Part shown: piece by piece, positions 61,176 to 64,000 of the stretch | How positions within the stretch are numbered: the first letter of the stretch is position 1 | Layout: every line of letters starts with the position of its first letter | Source: an uncultured Acidobacteriaceae bacterium | GTDB taxonomy: Bacteria > Acidobacteriota > Terriglobia > Terriglobales > Acidobacteriaceae | Direction: 5' to 3' | Length of the DNA stretch: 64,000 nucleotides | NCBI GenBank assembly: GCA_963791515.1 | Contig: CAWBSS010000009.1 | Coordinates: forward strand, 95,407 to 159,406 | The notes under the pieces: generated by a model | Told to the model about the DNA's origin: nothing | What the model saw: the letters and a program-made list of their open reading frames with translations, nothing else | Database searches by the model: none | Made by a program: the position numbers and the translations under genes

Positions 61176-64000
61176 GTGAACGTAGATCGCCGTTGGTTGG
61201 GAACATCCGTGGGACGAGTTCGTGTTCTGGCCGCTGGGCTGGTGCTGCTCGGGGCAGGATGCGCTGTTCTCGGGTGGGGTGCCCGCTCGCGTCAAACCGC
61301 CGCGAACCTCGCGGCCCAACTTCCAGCGATCCAAGAGCAGGCGATTGTGCCCGGCCTCTTGACGATCGGGTCATCGGACGAAGTCAACCGTGAAACACAG
61401 TCCCGGGCGCGTTCGCTTTTCGCCGGGCTGCCCCTGATCTTCGAACCGAACCAGGGACAAGGGAATCTCGACCCAGCTGATCGGCGCGCGAAGTTCGTGA
61501 GCCACGGCTCGGGATACAGCCTCTTTTTGGGTTCCGAGGGCGCAATTCTGAGCTTAGTTTCTCAAGAGCCATCCAAGCCGGAGCGGTCCGCTTTGGCCCG
61601 TGTAGAGTCGCTGCAGATGAAGCTGGCAGGAGCGAATCCCAACGCCAATTTAACGGGCGCTGAACCGCTGCCGGGCAAGAGTAATTATTTTCTGGGGAAC
61701 GATCCCGGGAAGTGGCGGCATGGCGTGCCGCAGTTCGCGCGCGTGTGCTACGAGAATGTTTATCCCGGAATCAATTTGATCTTCTACGGAAATCAAGGAC
61801 GGCTGGAATACGACTTCCAGGTGGCGCCAGGGTCCGATCCGGGGCAAGCCGAACTCGAATTCAACGGGGCGAAGCAACTGGAGCTGAAAGATGGGGCTCT
61901 GGTCATCCGGGGCGAGAGCGGCAGCGTGCGGCTCGAGGCGCCGCGGGTATATCAGGAGATCGCCGGAAAGCAGCACGCGGTGGAAGGCCGCTTCGTTCTG
62001 CGCGGCGCGAACCGCGCGGGATTCGCGATTGGATCCTACGACCACTCGCGCGAACTAGTCATTGACCCGATCTTGACCTTCTCGACTTATTTTGGTGGCA
62101 GCGGTGACGAGCATTCGACTTCCATCGCGGTCGATGGAAGCTTCAACATTTACCTCGCGGGCTCAACAACGTCACCCAATCTTCCAGCGCCTGCTGGGAT
62201 CTTTCAGCCGACCCTAGCCTCCGGAGCAACCCAGAACGGTTATGTTGCCAAGATTACGCCGCCCCTGGGTTCGCTCCCTGCGGTTCTTGACTACGTGACT
62301 TATCTGGGAGGCGACGGAACCGACAGCCCGGTCGGAATCCGAGTGGACGGCCGGGGCGATGCATTCGTGGCGGGCACAACTTCCTCGTCCAACTTTCCCA
62401 CCACGGCGTTGAGCGCCTATCAAGCGGTTCCCGCAGCGGGCAGCACAGGTACTTCGCACGTGTTCGTGACCGAGTTGCAGTTCGACGCCACCGTATTGCT
62501 CTATTCGTCCTACCTTTCTGGCAATGGGACTGACGTCGCCAGCGGGATGACCATTGACGCGTCCGGCTACATTTACGTGACCGGGACGACTACGTCCTCA
62601 GACGTGGCCAGCACTACCGATCAATTCCCGGCGAGCACGCTTCCTCAAGCCCTGCCCTATCAAATCACTCCCCGCGCGCCCCTTCAGTTCTTCGTGACCA
62701 AAGTGAATACGGGCGCACCCCGGACCGGCAGCATCGCTTACTCGACCTATTTTGGTGGAGCGAACTTCGACACGACCACGCCGGTGGCCGTGGGCGGCGG
62801 CATTGCGGTCGATACAAATGGCAACGTCTACTTCACCGGCACCACGAACTTCATCTATACCGGATGCTCGGGTTGCAGCAGCACCGATTTTCCCATCCTG
62901 AATCCCTACCAGCCCTGTCTGGACCAGGCGCCTCCGACCACGATCGTCAATCCTCCGTCCTGCTCGAGTACCACGAATACAACGGAGTCGGACGCCTTTG
63001 TGGCGAAGCTCAATCCCAACGCAGCTCAGGGAGAGCAACTGATCTGGTCGACCTACTTGGGTGGCAGCGGCACCGACTCGGGCACGGGCATCGGGCTCGA
63101 TACCGGGGCGGCTAATGTTTACGTGGTCGGAACCACAAATTCCAGCGACATTGGGACGAGCGTAACGGCTTTGAATACTTCAGCCGCGTATCAACGCTGC
63201 CTGGATACGGCGGTGAACCCGGCAGTAGGCACGGCGTGTGCGCCGCCTGCCGCGCCTGCCCCCAACGACGCTTTTGTGGCGCGCCTGACCAATCCGACCT
63301 CCACAACCACGACTACTACTCCGGTCCATGTGACGCTCAACTATTTCTCCTATCTGGGAGGGAGTAACAACGAAGCGGGACTGGCGATCGCAGTGGACTC
63401 GGGCAGCGGCGCCTTGGTGACGGGCTGGACCCAGTCCACGGATTTCCCTGTGTTTCCAACATCTAACCCCATTCAGAGCGCACTGAATGGCACGCAGGAT
63501 GCATTCGTGGCCCGGCTGAACACGGCTACCGTGGTGGGGCAGCCAACGGCGGGTTCGTGGGCAAATTACTTCGGCGGGAGCGGCATTGATCAGGGAACTG
63601 GGATTGCTCTGGATGTCAATCAGAACACCTACTTCGCGGGCGACACGAACTCGACGGACCTGCAAGTGTCAAAGCCATTAGAGACGACGAACAACGGCGG
63701 CTACGACGCATTTGTTACTCAACTGGGAACAGCTGTGAGCTTGTCAGTCAATGGAGTCTTGACGCTGGGCACGAACCAGATCTTCATCAGCGCCGGGAAC
63801 CAGGCGACCTTCACTTATACGGTGACGAACAACGGTCCCGATTTGGCCAACAACATCACGCTTACGGACAACCTGAACTCTTCGGTCACAGGTGTGCCGC
63901 TGACATTTGTTTCGGCCAGCACCACCGCCGGCACCTGCGGCGGAGGCTCGACCAATGCCGTCGTGAGCTGCAGCCTTCCCACGCTACAGTCCGGTTCGAC
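61176..64000 (+). CDS. large secreted SBBP (beta-propeller repeat) protein with DUF11-like domain; 3' end outside window
   Basis: Hand translation from GTG 61176 (GGAGG 5 nt upstream) is open to the window end. Has an N-terminal hydrophobic segment and repeated units of the form DAFV.KLN....YSTYLGGSG.D.G.GI.VD..GN.YV.G.T.S.DFP. Near the end, TYTVTNNGPDLANNITLTD is DUF11-like. It is absent from the ORF track, presumably because no stop is reached. Confidence 0.8.
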   Translation, partial: MNVDRRWLGTSVGRVRVLAAGLVLLGAGCAVLGWGARSRQTAANLAAQLPAIQEQAIVPGLLTIGSSDEVNRETQSRARSLFAGLPLIFEPNQGQGNLDPADRRAKFVSHGSGYSLFLGSEGAILSLVSQEPSKPERSALARVESLQMKLAGANPNANLTGAEPLPGKSNYFLGNDPGKWRHGVPQFARVCYENVYPGINLIFYGNQGRLEYDFQVAPGSDPGQAELEFNGAKQLELKDGALVIRGESGSVRLEAPRVYQEIAGKQHAVEGRFVLRGANRAGFAIGSYDHSRELVIDPILTFSTYFGGSGDEHSTSIAVDGSFNIYLAGSTTSPNLPAPAGIFQPTLASGATQNGYVAKITPPLGSLPAVLDYVTYLGGDGTDSPVGIRVDGRGDAFVAGTTSSSNFPTTALSAYQAVPAAGSTGTSHVFVTELQFDATVLLYSSYLSGNGTDVASGMTIDASGYIYVTGTTTSSDVASTTDQFPASTLPQALPYQITPRAPLQFFVTKVNTGAPRTGSIAYSTYFGGANFDTTTPVAVGGGIAVDTNGNVYFTGTTNFIYTGCSGCSSTDFPILNPYQPCLDQAPPTTIVNPPSCSSTTNTTESDAFVAKLNPNAAQGEQLIWSTYLGGSGTDSGTGIGLDTGAANVYVVGTTNSSDIGTSVTALNTSAAYQRCLDTAVNPAVGTACAPPAAPAPNDAFVARLTNPTSTTTTTTPVHVTLNYFSYLGGSNNEAGLAIAVDSGSGALVTGWTQSTDFPVFPTSNPIQSALNGTQDAFVARLNTATVVGQPTAGSWANYFGGSGIDQGTGIALDVNQNTYFAGDTNSTDLQVSKPLETTNNGGYDAFVTQLGTAVSLSVNGVLTLGTNQIFISAGNQATFTYTVTNNGPDLANNITLTDNLNSSVTGVPLTFVSASTTAGTCGGGSTNAVVSCSLPTLQSGS

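Overview
High-GC bacterial chromosomal segment. The gene content and repeat types (CarboxypepD_reg-type TonB-dependent receptor, SBBP beta-propeller giant protein, Gly-rich RRM protein, many REP-like hairpins) suggest Acidobacteriota; that assignment is inference only. Order of content: (1) A minus-strand pentose-phosphate operon tkt-tal-pgi-gnd-zwf-glk (31-8695). (2) A PilZ protein, a TolC/EmrA/EmrB-type efflux operon (10111-14463) with a cytidylate-kinase-like gene, hemH, and a secreted hypothetical. (3) A ~4.5 kb decayed integrated element in tRNA-Arg(CCG), bounded by a 48-nt direct repeat (17781-22286). It carries an IS110-family transposase, one AT-richer cargo ORF and a frameshifted tyrosine integrase. 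(4) An RRM RNA-binding protein and typA with a coupled small Zn-ribbon ORF. (5) A bidirectional ~18 kb locus for polyamine / omega-amine uptake and catabolism (25271-43386). It has a PotDABC-like importer, a MerR+XRE+cupin regulator, a TonB-dependent receptor, three class-III aminotransferases, two aldehyde dehydrogenases and an APC permease. Different REP-like hairpin modules sit in most spacers of its plus-strand arm. (6) An AT-richer patch with two divergent Crp/Fnr regulators and small ORFs. Then thiC, an M13 peptidase whose signal peptide is out of frame, a hydrolase, a tandem ExbD-like protein, GntR-SPFH and ppa. (7) System I cytochrome c maturation genes: ccmE with a CxxxY instead of HxxxY heme motif, and ccmABCD including a 49-aa ccmD absent from the ORF track. 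A PadR plus membrane-partner pair separates ccmE from ccmABCD. (8) A second PilZ protein and the 5' part of a large SBBP/DUF11-type secreted protein that runs off the window. I saw no rRNA and no CRISPR array. I did not find a self-evident complete novel multi-gene system. The most unusual items are the tRNA-Arg islet, the variant CcmE locus, the three-domain regulator with its palindromic operator candidates, the tandem ExbD-like protein and the out-of-frame M13 signal peptide. All family assignments rest on motif recognition by eye; no searches were run.
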